A DNA stretch of 20,000 nt, taken from IMG/VR virus record IMGVR_UViG_3300030118_003994; one strand, given 5' to 3'. Below the pieces are notes generated by a model, which was not told the DNA's origin, ran no database searches, and worked only from the letters and a program-made list of their open reading frames with translations. The stretch's first letter is position 1, and each line of letters starts with the position of its first letter. The position numbers and the translations under genes are program-made. The stretch is from an uncultured virus (IMG/VR IMGVR_UViG_3300030118_003994) (Duplodnaviria; Heunggongvirae; Uroviricota; Caudoviricetes; Crassvirales). Of this stretch, positions 9,535 through 18,555 are shown in pieces.

Positions 9535-10650
9535 TTAACGACCTATTAATTGTTTATTAATTTGGTCTTGTATGGACAATGGACTATCAGGATTAACTTT
9601 GCTTTCAGGAGTGTAAGATGGGTTTTTAATGTCTTTTATAACATCTTCTTTTCCACCAGACTTTCCTTGAGCATATGCACTTCTTACAATTGAATCTATG
9701 TTGTTTAAAATAGCCATTTCTTTAGCAAGCTTCGCAACATTTTCTGTTCCGTCTTTTTCTATATATCTATCCCAAAAACTTGTTAAATTCATACTTGTAT
9801 CTTTAACATATTTTACAGTATCATCATTAACAGCAAACGTATACTTTTCTCCTTTATCATTTAGAGAAAACTCTACATTTTTAAAACCCTCAAGAGATTT
9901 GTTTACATTTTCAATCCACGCTTTTTGTGCAGCTTCAGATTCTGCTTTTTGTTTTTCATCTATTTTTGCAGCTTCTGGTAAAGCATTTTCTTTTTGAAAT
10001 TTTGTAAGTTCTCTTTTAGCTTCTGCTGATTTTTGTTTCAACTTTATTTTAGATAACCTTATTTCCTTATCCGTATATTCGTCTTCATCCAGCTTATATG
10101 TATCTGCGTAAAGCAAATTTATATCTTCATTATCTAAATCTGGGTTTTGAAATTTCATGTAATTTTTAACAAGATTTTCAGAATCCATATCTTCATAATT
10201 AGCTGTTTGAGTACGAAAGAAATCCTCCATTCTACCGCCTTTTGAAACATATTCATTTAATTTTTCTATCTGCTCGTTAGCAAAATTATTTTTTTCGGCA
10301 ACAGGTTGCTCAGATAAAGCCGCATTTAACTCTTCATATGTTTTAAACTTACCGTCAGTCTTTTCGCTTAACATGTCGTTAAAACTAGGTTGAGCAACAA
10401 CTTTTTCCTCACTAGGAGTATTATCTTTTGTTTCCTGAGGAATAACTTCTTCCTCTTTCAAAGAACTATTTGTTTCTTCTGTTGTTTCTGGTTTTACCTC
10501 TTCAACAGAAGTTTCTTCTGCTTTTACTTCTTCTTTTACTTCTTCTTTAGGTGCTTCTGTTTTAACCTCTTCGGTTTTAGGAGTTTCTTGTGTATCTATT
10601 TTAGCACCCATGCTTTTAGCTACTAGCTCCTCGAATCTATTTGTTGACAT
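9535..10650 (-). CDS. Putative capsid scaffolding protein
   Basis: 371 aa, highly acidic, EEVK-repeat disordered N-terminus, helical; lies between portal and MCP. Confidence 0.7.
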   Translation of the reverse strand: MSTNRFEELVAKSMGAKIDTQETPKTEEVKTEAPKEEVKEEVKAEETSVEEVKPETTEETNSSLKEEEVIPQETKDNTPSEEKVVAQPSFNDMLSEKTDGKFKTYEELNAALSEQPVAEKNNFANEQIEKLNEYVSKGGRMEDFFRTQTANYEDMDSENLVKNYMKFQNPDLDNEDINLLYADTYKLDEDEYTDKEIRLSKIKLKQKSAEAKRELTKFQKENALPEAAKIDEKQKAESEAAQKAWIENVNKSLEGFKNVEFSLNDKGEKYTFAVNDDTVKYVKDTSMNLTSFWDRYIEKDGTENVAKLAKEMAILNNIDSIVRSAYAQGKSGGKEDVIKDIKNPSYTPESKVNPDSPLSIQDQINKQLIGR

Positions 10651-10675
10651 TTCTTAAATTTAAATTAAACTTGTG

Positions 10676-10706
10676 CAAATATACAAAAAAATTATGACAT
10701 TTGCAA
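10676..10706 (-). promoter_or_regulatory. Bacteroidota-type promoter (-33 TTG, 20-nt spacer, -7 TATATTTG) for scaffold and MCP
   Basis: caa at 10704-10706 and caaatata at 10676-10683 on the + strand. Confidence 0.75.
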
Positions 10707-12992
10707 TTATTTTATTTTTGTTCTAACCAAGTCAGAATCATCTTGAGATAAAGATATATGCTCGCTTTTTATATTACCCTGATATTCTAACTCTAATAAT
10801 TTTCTTTTATGCTCTGCTTGAGCAAAGTTTTCTTTCATTTCAAACTCTGCTTTCATTTTTTCAATTTCAGCCTGAATATCCATTTGTTTAGCTTGAGCCT
10901 CTACTTGTGCTTTTGCTTGTATAGACATTTGTTGTTGTTGAGCATTAGCTTGAGAGTTGGCTAAAGCCATTTCTTTTAATTCTTTTTGATATTGTTTTCT
11001 TCTTAAAACTAACATTTGATTAGCAAGCTTTATATTTTTAATATTTCTAATCATTATAGAATCTTCAATTCTTAATTCTTTTTGCTGAATAGAAGCTTGT
11101 ATATTTTGTTCTAAAAGAGCTTTTTCTTCTTCATCCGGCAAAGGCTCAATCATAATACCAAAATCTGCTAAAGTAACATCTTTTGTAACTTCTATTGCCT
11201 TCATGTTATATTCTCCAATAGCTTGAACATAACCTTTATACGGCCCAGAGTAAGAAACTAAATCTTGAACTCTTAAAGCAACGCTTTTAGCTAGTTTTTT
11301 TGTAATGCTTAAAAAAGCTTGATTTAACCATCTTGTCGCATTGTTAGAAGCTAATAAAGCCATTTTTTGAACACCAACTAAAGATTCTTTATTAGGCTGC
11401 GAAGCATCTCTTACTTCATTTATACCGGTTACATCTCTTATCATTTGTAAATTGTATTGGTATATAGCTATTAACTCTTGCAAAGCTCCTCCTATACCTC
11501 CTCTTAATTCTGTAATCGGATTCGGGTTTCCAGCTCTACCGTCATCCATTTGTAGCCTGTAGTAAAGATTACCAGTTTGTTGGTAAATATCTTGAACTTC
11601 AATAGGAGTAAAAGTACCACCATCTCCTTTTCCTACATTTTCAATAGCTCCTAACTCTATAGCAGAACCTTGGGGTTTTACTTTGGAAATTAAGTGTTGT
11701 ATTTTTAAATGTGCTAATTGTATTTGGTCTGCAAAAGGTATCATTCTTTCTACCATACCTTTATTATTCATATTAATTATATTAGGAGCGTAAACAGCGT
11801 AAGGCATTAATGCTTTTGAAAGATTACTTTTAGGTCTTACTATATTTTCTGCTATACCATAGTCAAATATAAAATCGGTTCCACATATCCATTTTCCTTT
11901 ATAAATCATTTCTACATGAGATTTCATTTGTTCTCTTTTGTATCTAGGACTTTTAGGAGGCTTGTAGTTTGAGTCTTTTTTGTTTACAGAAAAACCACCA
12001 TATCTATTATTCTTTTTTTCATAGTTCATTGAGTCTGTGCACTTAAAAACACCATCAAGTAATGCTAACTTGTATGTATCGTATTCACTTACTTCATACC
12101 CATTATAATTAATAGAACTTAAAGATAATTTTGCAGGATTTCCGTGCTTACCTAAAACTGATAAAGCTATTTTTTCATACTCTTCTTCGGTAAACTGGTC
12201 TCCTGCCATTCTTTTTAAATCATGAATAGTAACATATATTATTTCTCCAGCATACTCCATGTTTTTAAAGTCTGGGTCGGAAGAATGAGAACAAACAAAG
12301 TTTTTAGGGTCTACATATCTAACTGTTATTTTACCATTTTCAACACCTGTTTTTGCAACACCTATATTTAAAACAACTAAATCACGAATAATTCTTTTTT
12401 TAATTTCTTCAAAATCATTTAAATACATGGTAAGTTCTATGCCCTGTTCCATTGCTATTTCTACAGATTGTTTGTAGTTAAGCTCCATATACAAATCTAA
12501 TTCTTCCTTGTTTTCTGGTAAATTATCAAAACCTTCATCTAAAGGCAATCCTGTTAAAGCTGCTGCCTCATATGCAAAGTCTTTCATTCTCATCTTTGTT
12601 AAAGCATCAAACTTATCTTGATTTTTCTTATCTACAGAGGTAGGGTCTATAGCAGTACACTTTATAGTATAATCTTGATTTGTAAGACCTCCAACTATAA
12701 CGTCTACAAATTTTGGTATAATAGGCACTACTTCCCAGTTTAAATTAAGATAAGAGCTGTCTCCGTTTGCTCCTACTAGTTCTTTATATTGGTCAACAGA
12801 CTGCATGCCTTCTGCATACTCTCTATATCTTTTATACCTTTGATTTCTCGTTGACATAAGGTTTACTCCGGCACCATCATTTTCCCATTCTCTATACATT
12901 TGTTTCATGTACTGAAGCCCATATGCTTTTTCCATTTTTTCCTCCCTAGTTGCTAGTGGATTTGGAAATCCATAAAAATCTTTATATTTCAT
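10707..12992 (-). CDS. Portal protein
   Basis: 761 aa; TAATG-coupled to terL; SYLNLNWEVVPIIPKFVDVIV motif; long Q/A/E-rich C-terminal coiled coil reminiscent of P22-type portals. Confidence 0.85.
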   Translation of the reverse strand: MKYKDFYGFPNPLATREEKMEKAYGLQYMKQMYREWENDGAGVNLMSTRNQRYKRYREYAEGMQSVDQYKELVGANGDSSYLNLNWEVVPIIPKFVDVIVGGLTNQDYTIKCTAIDPTSVDKKNQDKFDALTKMRMKDFAYEAAALTGLPLDEGFDNLPENKEELDLYMELNYKQSVEIAMEQGIELTMYLNDFEEIKKRIIRDLVVLNIGVAKTGVENGKITVRYVDPKNFVCSHSSDPDFKNMEYAGEIIYVTIHDLKRMAGDQFTEEEYEKIALSVLGKHGNPAKLSLSSINYNGYEVSEYDTYKLALLDGVFKCTDSMNYEKKNNRYGGFSVNKKDSNYKPPKSPRYKREQMKSHVEMIYKGKWICGTDFIFDYGIAENIVRPKSNLSKALMPYAVYAPNIINMNNKGMVERMIPFADQIQLAHLKIQHLISKVKPQGSAIELGAIENVGKGDGGTFTPIEVQDIYQQTGNLYYRLQMDDGRAGNPNPITELRGGIGGALQELIAIYQYNLQMIRDVTGINEVRDASQPNKESLVGVQKMALLASNNATRWLNQAFLSITKKLAKSVALRVQDLVSYSGPYKGYVQAIGEYNMKAIEVTKDVTLADFGIMIEPLPDEEEKALLEQNIQASIQQKELRIEDSIMIRNIKNIKLANQMLVLRRKQYQKELKEMALANSQANAQQQQMSIQAKAQVEAQAKQMDIQAEIEKMKAEFEMKENFAQAEHKRKLLELEYQGNIKSEHISLSQDDSDLVRTKIK

Positions 12993-15025
12993 TATTTTAT
13001 TAATTTAGATATTTTACCACTGTTGCTATACCTTCTAACAAAAGGGCTTGTTGTTTTAATTTCTATTTTTGGTTTTATATGTTTTTGAGATGCAAGCAAT
13101 GTAAATCCAGCAGCCATTGTTGCGTCAAATTTAGTTCTATTATTTATATCAAACTCTAACCAGTCTTTTAGTAGTCTTACAAAAAATACTCTTCCTATAT
13201 CTCCTGTTTCTTCATTTACACCTACATAGTCATATATGTAAGCTTGTATAGAATCTACTATAGCATTTGCAACAGCTGTCCCAGTAGCAGGTATACCTAC
13301 TTCTTTTTGTTTTTTAGAAAACTTAGTATGTGTTGATTCTGGTCTTGCCATTAAATATTTTTCGTATCCTCTTCTTTTAAAATATTGTATTAATCCTATT
13401 TTATTATTCTCTACAAGTATTGGGCATCCATAATAAACACACTGCATAAGCATATGTTCAAAAAACATTTCTGCTTTTGGAGGCCTGTGTATATATTCGC
13501 AAACAAACATATGAGAATTATCTTGGTCGTGAACATCTAGTTTTTTAAAAACATATGATGCTGCATCAGACCTTCTTCCATCTGTTGTTGTATCGTGGTC
13601 AAAAGGGTCACATCCAGAAACTAAACTTAATTCATTACCAGGATATTTTCCTGATAATTTTACTTCCATTTTATTACTATCTTCTTTTTTTGGAAGCCAA
13701 GCTGTATTCCAATTTCCTTTTTTATCTGGCATCCATATTACCTCTGTATCTTTATCCCCGTTTTTCCATAAAAAATTACCCCTTGTAGTCATAACATTTC
13801 CAGTTCCTTCTATATAATCTATTTGTTGATATATTCTTTCTGAATCAAACAAACAATCGTCTGTACTAACCCTAAACGCTTCTTCTGGAGTAAAAGGAAA
13901 TTGTCTTTTATATTCCGCAAGTTTATTTGTATCATTTTTATAGCTTTGCCGTATGCCTTCTAAATACTGTTTACTTCCTATTTCAATTTTTTCTCCATAC
14001 TTGTCGTAAATAGTTTTTTTAGGATTTTCTATAACACTATTTCCGTATTCATCTATAAACCCTTCAAACCCATCATAAGCTGGAGTAAAGTATCTAAACA
14101 AACCAGATTTTGTTCTATTAATACCAGGAACTATATTTTCTTGGTCTGAATCATCCCATATATCCTTAAAAGCTTTACCTCCTGATTCCATTTCATTTAC
14201 TGTTGATGGTAAAAATGCTTTACCTATAATTCTTATACCTTCAGATAATGCAGGTTTTACTATTTGCCAGTTTTTTGAAACATCAGCTTCTAACCATTTA
14301 CCACCCTCATCAGATATAAAAGTTTTTAATTTTTCTCCATCATAAGAGTTATCTCTAGTATTACGCCAGTCTATTTGACTATCTAAAGCTTCTGACTTTT
14401 TTACTTTAGCATTATTTTTAGTAATTTTTTCTCCAGGTTTTTTAAAAGACAAAACCGTTTTTGGAGAGTCTGTACCTTCAATAATAGGCTGAAAAAAGTC
14501 TGGTAACTTTCTAAACATAAACACAACCTTGTCAAAGAGCTTTTTTGCGTCAGAACCCGTTTTACTCATAATTCCACCATTAGAATTATAGGATAAAGTT
14601 ATATCGTGCATAACAATTGCTGCTGCTTTCCAAGAAGCTCCTTGTCTTCTATGTTTTGGCATAATTAAACCGTAACAATTAGGGTTGTTTCTAACGCCAT
14701 CCCATATCAAAAAAAACCTCCTATCTCTATCCCAGTAATCTGGATAACCAACATCTATTTTACACCAATTTAAATAGTAGTAGTGAACTCCTGTTATGTA
14801 GGTTGCCACACCATTATTCATAAACCAAACACCTTCAACTCTTCTTTTAAACTCTTGCTCTATAAACTTTGCTCTTTTAGATTCTGGTAAAATTTCCCAG
14901 TTTTCTGGAAGCTTAGTTCTTTCCCACTTTTGTTTCTTTTTTGGTTTGTTAGAACCTAAAATAAAACGCTTAGAAGGTTTTTTTGGAATACTAATTGGTA
15001 TACCATAAATTTCTTTACTTGACAT
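12992..15025 (-). CDS. terL: Terminase large subunit
   Basis: Walker A-like KHRRQGAS, Walker B FISDEGG, coupling motif ST, nuclease acidic motifs GCDP..SD, VENN, KFDATMA. Confidence 0.92.
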   Translation of the reverse strand: MSSKEIYGIPISIPKKPSKRFILGSNKPKKKQKWERTKLPENWEILPESKRAKFIEQEFKRRVEGVWFMNNGVATYITGVHYYYLNWCKIDVGYPDYWDRDRRFFLIWDGVRNNPNCYGLIMPKHRRQGASWKAAAIVMHDITLSYNSNGGIMSKTGSDAKKLFDKVVFMFRKLPDFFQPIIEGTDSPKTVLSFKKPGEKITKNNAKVKKSEALDSQIDWRNTRDNSYDGEKLKTFISDEGGKWLEADVSKNWQIVKPALSEGIRIIGKAFLPSTVNEMESGGKAFKDIWDDSDQENIVPGINRTKSGLFRYFTPAYDGFEGFIDEYGNSVIENPKKTIYDKYGEKIEIGSKQYLEGIRQSYKNDTNKLAEYKRQFPFTPEEAFRVSTDDCLFDSERIYQQIDYIEGTGNVMTTRGNFLWKNGDKDTEVIWMPDKKGNWNTAWLPKKEDSNKMEVKLSGKYPGNELSLVSGCDPFDHDTTTDGRRSDAASYVFKKLDVHDQDNSHMFVCEYIHRPPKAEMFFEHMLMQCVYYGCPILVENNKIGLIQYFKRRGYEKYLMARPESTHTKFSKKQKEVGIPATGTAVANAIVDSIQAYIYDYVGVNEETGDIGRVFFVRLLKDWLEFDINNRTKFDATMAAGFTLLASQKHIKPKIEIKTTSPFVRRYSNSGKISKLIK

Positions 15026-15029
15026 AAGA

Positions 15030-15060
15030 CAAATATACGAATAAATTTGGATATATACAA
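15030..15060 (-). promoter_or_regulatory. Bacteroidota-type promoter for terL-portal
   Basis: TTG (15060-15058), 20-nt spacer, TATATTTG (15037-15030); only 4 nt before the terL ATG. Confidence 0.7.
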
Positions 15061-15077
15061 TAGTTTAACTATATTTG
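15046..15077 (+). promoter_or_regulatory. Bacteroidota-type promoter for the + strand two-gene cassette
   Basis: TTTG (15046-15049), 20-nt spacer, TATATTTG (15070-15077): canonical -33/-7 arrangement. Confidence 0.8.
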
Positions 15078-15117
15078 CATTTACAATCAATCTATTTATT
15101 AACAAAAAATTAAAAAA

Positions 15118-16107
15118 ATGGCAAATTTTATTTCAGTACCTGTAAAAAAGTTTGGAAACGAGGATTTTAGTAATCCTGGTGACGGAACTACTGGGTACAA
15201 CACAATGGGTATAGATGTAAATAAAATCATCTATGCTTTTGACACAGAAACTAATTTAGGAAAAGCAGTTTCAGCTCAAACAGATTCTGGAGACACTATT
15301 ACTATTACTGGTCATGGGTTACAAGTAAACGATGCTATATATTTTGATGCAGAATGTGAAGCTACAACTGTTCTTGCAAACAGAGTATATTTCGTTAAAA
15401 CTGTTCCAACAGCTGATACTATTACTGTTTCAGATACTTTAGGGGGAAGCGTGCAAAATATTGCTGCTGACGGAACTTCTGATACTCCTAATGTTTTTAA
15501 AATTGAAGGTCAAATTATTTATGCTGACACAACTAACAATGGAAGACCTGTTGATGTTATTGTAAACAGAGGTCTTATCAGACAAAATCATGCAGGGGAT
15601 ACGGTTCAAGCATTATCTCAAAACTTATTAATTGTAGACTGCAATGAAAAAAATGGAATAGCTTATTCTGGAACTGATAGCAACATGATTATAAACACTC
15701 ACAGAGTTATGTTGTCTTATGATGGCGGTAGTGATGACTGGAAAACTTTTTATGATGCTTCTAACACAAACATGGCAGGATTAGATTCTCCTTTCGTTGA
15801 TGTTTTAGAGTTAGAAACTTCTTTAAATTCTGCAGGAACTCTAGCTAAATTTATTAATCACATTGGTGCATTAGGAGGTCCTGAAAATTTTGAAAGTTTA
15901 ACAGTAAATGGTAGAACTGTTAGTTTTCCAGATGTATCGGCTTCTGGTATAGTAAGACTAACTTGTGTAGCAAGTGCATATGAGTCTGAGTCTAAAACTT
16001 ACTTAAAAATAAAAGGAATGGGTAAAAATAGCTGGGATACTTTAGTTATAAACACTACTCTTTCAAATGTAGTAGGTTCAACAGACGCAACAAATATTGT
16101 AGAATAA
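15118..16107 (+). CDS. Putative virion structural protein with an inserted small beta-barrel (TITITGHGL..D.IYF type) domain
   Basis: 329 aa, beta-rich T/S/G/D composition; AAAAAAATG start; segment DTITITGHGLQVNDAIYF..RVYFVKT..DTITVS resembles E1-FCCH-like domains of phage virion proteins. Confidence 0.7.
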   Translation: MANFISVPVKKFGNEDFSNPGDGTTGYNTMGIDVNKIIYAFDTETNLGKAVSAQTDSGDTITITGHGLQVNDAIYFDAECEATTVLANRVYFVKTVPTADTITVSDTLGGSVQNIAADGTSDTPNVFKIEGQIIYADTTNNGRPVDVIVNRGLIRQNHAGDTVQALSQNLLIVDCNEKNGIAYSGTDSNMIINTHRVMLSYDGGSDDWKTFYDASNTNMAGLDSPFVDVLELETSLNSAGTLAKFINHIGALGGPENFESLTVNGRTVSFPDVSASGIVRLTCVASAYESESKTYLKIKGMGKNSWDTLVINTTLSNVVGSTDATNIVE

Positions 16108-16132
16108 TCATTAACTTTAAAAATTTAAAAAC

Positions 16133-16495
16133 ATGGCAACATTAAAACCAACATTAACATTAACAAATGCAGATTCTACTGCTGATGCTTTAAATATTTC
16201 AGTTACTGATACCTTAACAGTCTCAGAGCCTGCTGTAAATATAGCTAGAGCTTCAATAGCAACTTCTGCTGCAACTAATATTTTAACTACAGCCAACTCA
16301 GCTATTACTTATGTTTATTTAAAAAATATAGACACTACAAATATCATTACAGTAAAAAATGATAATGGTGATAATTTTTTAGATTTAGGTCCTGGTGAGT
16401 TTTCTTTCTTTCCTGTAAAGGGAGCGATTGGATTAGAGGTTCAAGCTAACACTGCTGCTTGTGTGTTAGAATACGGATACTGGTCTAAGTCGTAG
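16133..16495 (+). CDS. Small beta-rich putative virion protein
   Basis: 120 aa; YVYLKN..LGPGEFSFFP..LEY pattern typical of small phage structural proteins; followed by a terminator. Confidence 0.7.
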   Translation: MATLKPTLTLTNADSTADALNISVTDTLTVSEPAVNIARASIATSAATNILTTANSAITYVYLKNIDTTNIITVKNDNGDNFLDLGPGEFSFFPVKGAIGLEVQANTAACVLEYGYWSKS

Positions 16496-16507
16496 TATTT
16501 ATGTATT

Positions 16508-16537
16508 AAAAAAGAAAGGGGCGTAAGCCCCTTTTTT
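16508..16537. terminator. Bidirectional intrinsic terminator between convergent genes
   Basis: AAAAAAG-AAAGGGGC-GTAA-GCCCCTTT-TTT; GNRA-type loop; A tract on the left and T tract on the right. Confidence 0.88.
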
Positions 16538-16802
16538 ATTTTTTATACAATTTTTTAGCCTCTACTAAATCTTGGCACTTTTCGTATTCTTCTGTACTTA
16601 TAAAATATTCTATTAAAACATCTATTAATTCTATAGGGTCTGCTTGCTCCATGTTATCAGGATTAAATATAAGACCAAAGTCTTCGTCTTGCTCAAACAA
16701 ACCGTCTATAGTTATTTGTTGAGTTAACACCATGTAAGACCAAAACATAGAGTTGTGTATTATTTCTTCTTGTTTTTGCATTTCAGCTATTTCTTCTATC
16801 AT
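16536..16802 (-). CDS. Small acidic protein with a C-terminal UVR-like helical motif
   Basis: 88 aa; YFISTEEYEKCQDL; ATGA overlap with the upstream gene. Confidence 0.65.
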   Translation of the reverse strand: MIEEIAEMQKQEEIIHNSMFWSYMVLTQQITIDGLFEQDEDFGLIFNPDNMEQADPIELIDVLIEYFISTEEYEKCQDLVEAKKLYKK

Positions 16803-17110
16803 TTTTTTCTTGCGTATCTTTCGGAGAAACCTCCTTTAAAATTATTGTTTTCTATTTCCTCTTCTTGATTCTGGCCTTTTATTTTTTTCTCTAAAGATAC
16901 TAATGCTGCTAGCATTTCTTGAGCATCCATAAAAGCTTTCTTTTTTGATTCTAATGCTGACTTTCTTTTTTCGTCAGCCACATCATCTGCTATTGGTCTT
17001 CTTACATCTGCAATTAAAGTAGATATACCATCTTTAGCTGCACTTAACAAGTCCTGTAATGTTTCCTCAACATATACTTGTACATCGCTTTTTTCTAGTT
17101 TATCTTGCAT
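16799..17110 (-). CDS. Putative terminase small subunit
   Basis: 103 aa, helical, KKKAFMDA..FKGGFSERYARKK; upstream of terL on the same strand. The function is inferred from size, helicity and position. Confidence 0.5.
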   Translation of the reverse strand: MQDKLEKSDVQVYVEETLQDLLSAAKDGISTLIADVRRPIADDVADEKRKSALESKKKAFMDAQEMLAALVSLEKKIKGQNQEEEIENNNFKGGFSERYARKK

Positions 17111-17667
17111 AGTATTTCATTGTTTTTCATTCTAAACAATCTTTCTCCTTCAATAACCATATCGTAGTTTGCATTTTTAATAAAAACTATTTCATCTCCT
17201 ACACCAAAGCCTTCTTGTTTTGAAAACTTATTAGTATGAGCTACTATACCTTTTTTTGTAGACTCTTTTGATTCTACATATATGTTTTTTATTTTATCTT
17301 CTGTTTGTATAGGCTTTACAAAAACATAATCTTGAGTCATTGTTATTTTACCATCTCTAACATAACAATATATTTGGTCGTAGTGAACTTTATATATATT
17401 TTCTCCACCAAACTGACTAGCCATTCTTTCATCTATTACATGATGATGAAAATAAACTTTATCTCCTTCTAGCAAAGTTAAATTATCCTTTACTCTTTTG
17501 TTTATATTTATAGATGACATTTTTACAATTCCGTATTGTCTAGCATTTACATATCTATCATAAGAAGTGTCTAACCATATTTTTTCTCCATTGTCTAAAA
17601 CAACAGTGTTTTCTTCTTCTTTTTCTAACTCTACATATACAAAATCTCCTATTGGTATTATTTTCAT
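17095..17667 (-). CDS. groES: Co-chaperonin GroES-like protein with two tandem Cpn10 domains
   Basis: N half MKIIPIGDFVYVE..GIVK..EGDKVYF; C half DYVFVKP..IYV..KGIVAH..VGDEIVF..IEGERLFRMKNNEILC. Confidence 0.75.
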   Translation of the reverse strand: MKIIPIGDFVYVELEKEEENTVVLDNGEKIWLDTSYDRYVNARQYGIVKMSSININKRVKDNLTLLEGDKVYFHHHVIDERMASQFGGENIYKVHYDQIYCYVRDGKITMTQDYVFVKPIQTEDKIKNIYVESKESTKKGIVAHTNKFSKQEGFGVGDEIVFIKNANYDMVIEGERLFRMKNNEILCKIN

Positions 17668-17930
17668 ATTAATTGTGGTTCTAGTGATAAATCATATTCT
17701 GGCACACACTTGCTGGAGGGTATAGATTTCCACAATCTAACGTAGTTTTTTTTGTTAGGTATGACGTAGATGTTATATCTTCCCTCTCCGAAGTGTTCTG
17801 CATAAGCTGAGTCAAATGTTATGTCTACAACTTTTATTGCTCCATTTGCAATAGTTTGTCCTTTTACATAAGTTATATCTCTGTCTCCAGCTGTTACTAT
17901 TACTTTTCTTATTAATCCTTGTTCAATCAT
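17664..17930 (-). CDS. Conserved phage hypothetical protein
   Basis: 88 aa; ATGA overlap with the groES-like gene; IRKV..Y.KGQ..YNIYV..WK..EYDL. Confidence 0.7.
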   Translation of the reverse strand: MIEQGLIRKVIVTAGDRDITYVKGQTIANGAIKVVDITFDSAYAEHFGEGRYNIYVIPNKKNYVRLWKSIPSSKCVPEYDLSLEPQLI

Positions 17931-17931
17931 T

Positions 17932-18180
17932 TTACCATTTGTTTTTAGGACAAGACTCAGTCTTCATTCTTCCTTTATACTCTACTATACATCCGCAAAC
18001 ACCACAAGTTCCTTTGTCTCTTTTTAACAATTCACAAGAATTACAAATCAACATTCTTTTTTCAAAAATCTCTTCTGATACGTTAGGAAATCCTTCAGAA
18101 GCATATCTTATTAAAGACTTTGTTAAGCTCCAGCCTTTTCTTATTAAATTAGGTTCTTTATTGTTATTGTCCTTATCCAT
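17932..18180 (-). CDS. Small Cys-rich putative metal-binding protein (DUF6171-like)
   Basis: R..IC..C..L...C..CGC....K......CP..KW pattern; first gene after the promoter at 18201-18208. Confidence 0.7.
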   Translation of the reverse strand: MDKDNNNKEPNLIRKGWSLTKSLIRYASEGFPNVSEEIFEKRMLICNSCELLKRDKGTCGVCGCIVEYKGRMKTESCPKNKW

Positions 18181-18200
18181 ATTATTAAATTAAATTGTTT

Positions 18201-18261
18201 CAAATATAGTAATAAAAAACAATATAATACTATGATGTTAATAAATTTTTTATTATATTTG
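18201..18261. promoter_or_regulatory. Divergent pair of Bacteroidota-type -7 elements
   Basis: TATATTTG on minus (18208-18201) and on plus (18254-18261), each preceded by a T tract and pointing into an operon. Confidence 0.75.
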
Positions 18262-18291
18262 TATATTATTAACCAATAAAAAAATAAAATT

Positions 18292-18357
18292 ATGGCTTAC
18301 GGAATGATGAAAAAAGGAAAGAAAAAAAAGAAAATGAAAAAAGGAGGTAGAAGATAA
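18292..18357 (+). CDS. 21-aa highly basic micro-protein
   Basis: MAYGMMKKGKKKKKMKKGGRR; A-rich leader; stop overlaps the next ATG (TAATG). Confidence 0.6.
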   Translation: MAYGMMKKGKKKKKMKKGGRR

Positions 18358-18413
18358 TGGGTTGCGGTTGCGGAAAGAAAAAAACAATTAAAACTAAGCA
18401 GAATGGCAAATAA
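18357..18413 (+). CDS. 18-aa basic micro-protein with CGCG motif
   Basis: MGCGCGKKKTIKTKQNGK; TAATG-coupled. Confidence 0.55.
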   Translation: MGCGCGKKKTIKTKQNGK

Positions 18414-18555
18414 AAGAGTTAAGGCTCCATCTGGTTATCACTGGATGAAAAAGGGCAAATCTGTCAAGCTTATGAAACATAGCGGTAAATTCGTTCCACA
18501 TAAAGGAGCGAGTTTATTTGCTAGTTTTGCGGTACAGAAAAAACACACAAAATAA
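18403..18555 (+). CDS. 50-aa basic His-containing small protein
   Basis: MANKRVKAPSGYHWMKKGKSVKLMKHSGKFVPHKGASLFASFAVQKKHTK; no D/E; TAATG-coupled to the next gene. Confidence 0.7.
   Translation: MANKRVKAPSGYHWMKKGKSVKLMKHSGKFVPHKGASLFASFAVQKKHTK

Noticed and set aside
10490..10585. Short repeats in the scaffold gene
   Set aside because: Ordinary EEVK low-complexity coding repeats of a disordered N-terminus
2290..13788. Other short ORFs inside long genes (2290, 6061, 6506, 7327, 9698, 10390, 13555)
   Set aside because: Shadow ORFs fully within well-supported CDSs; no promoter or leader signals
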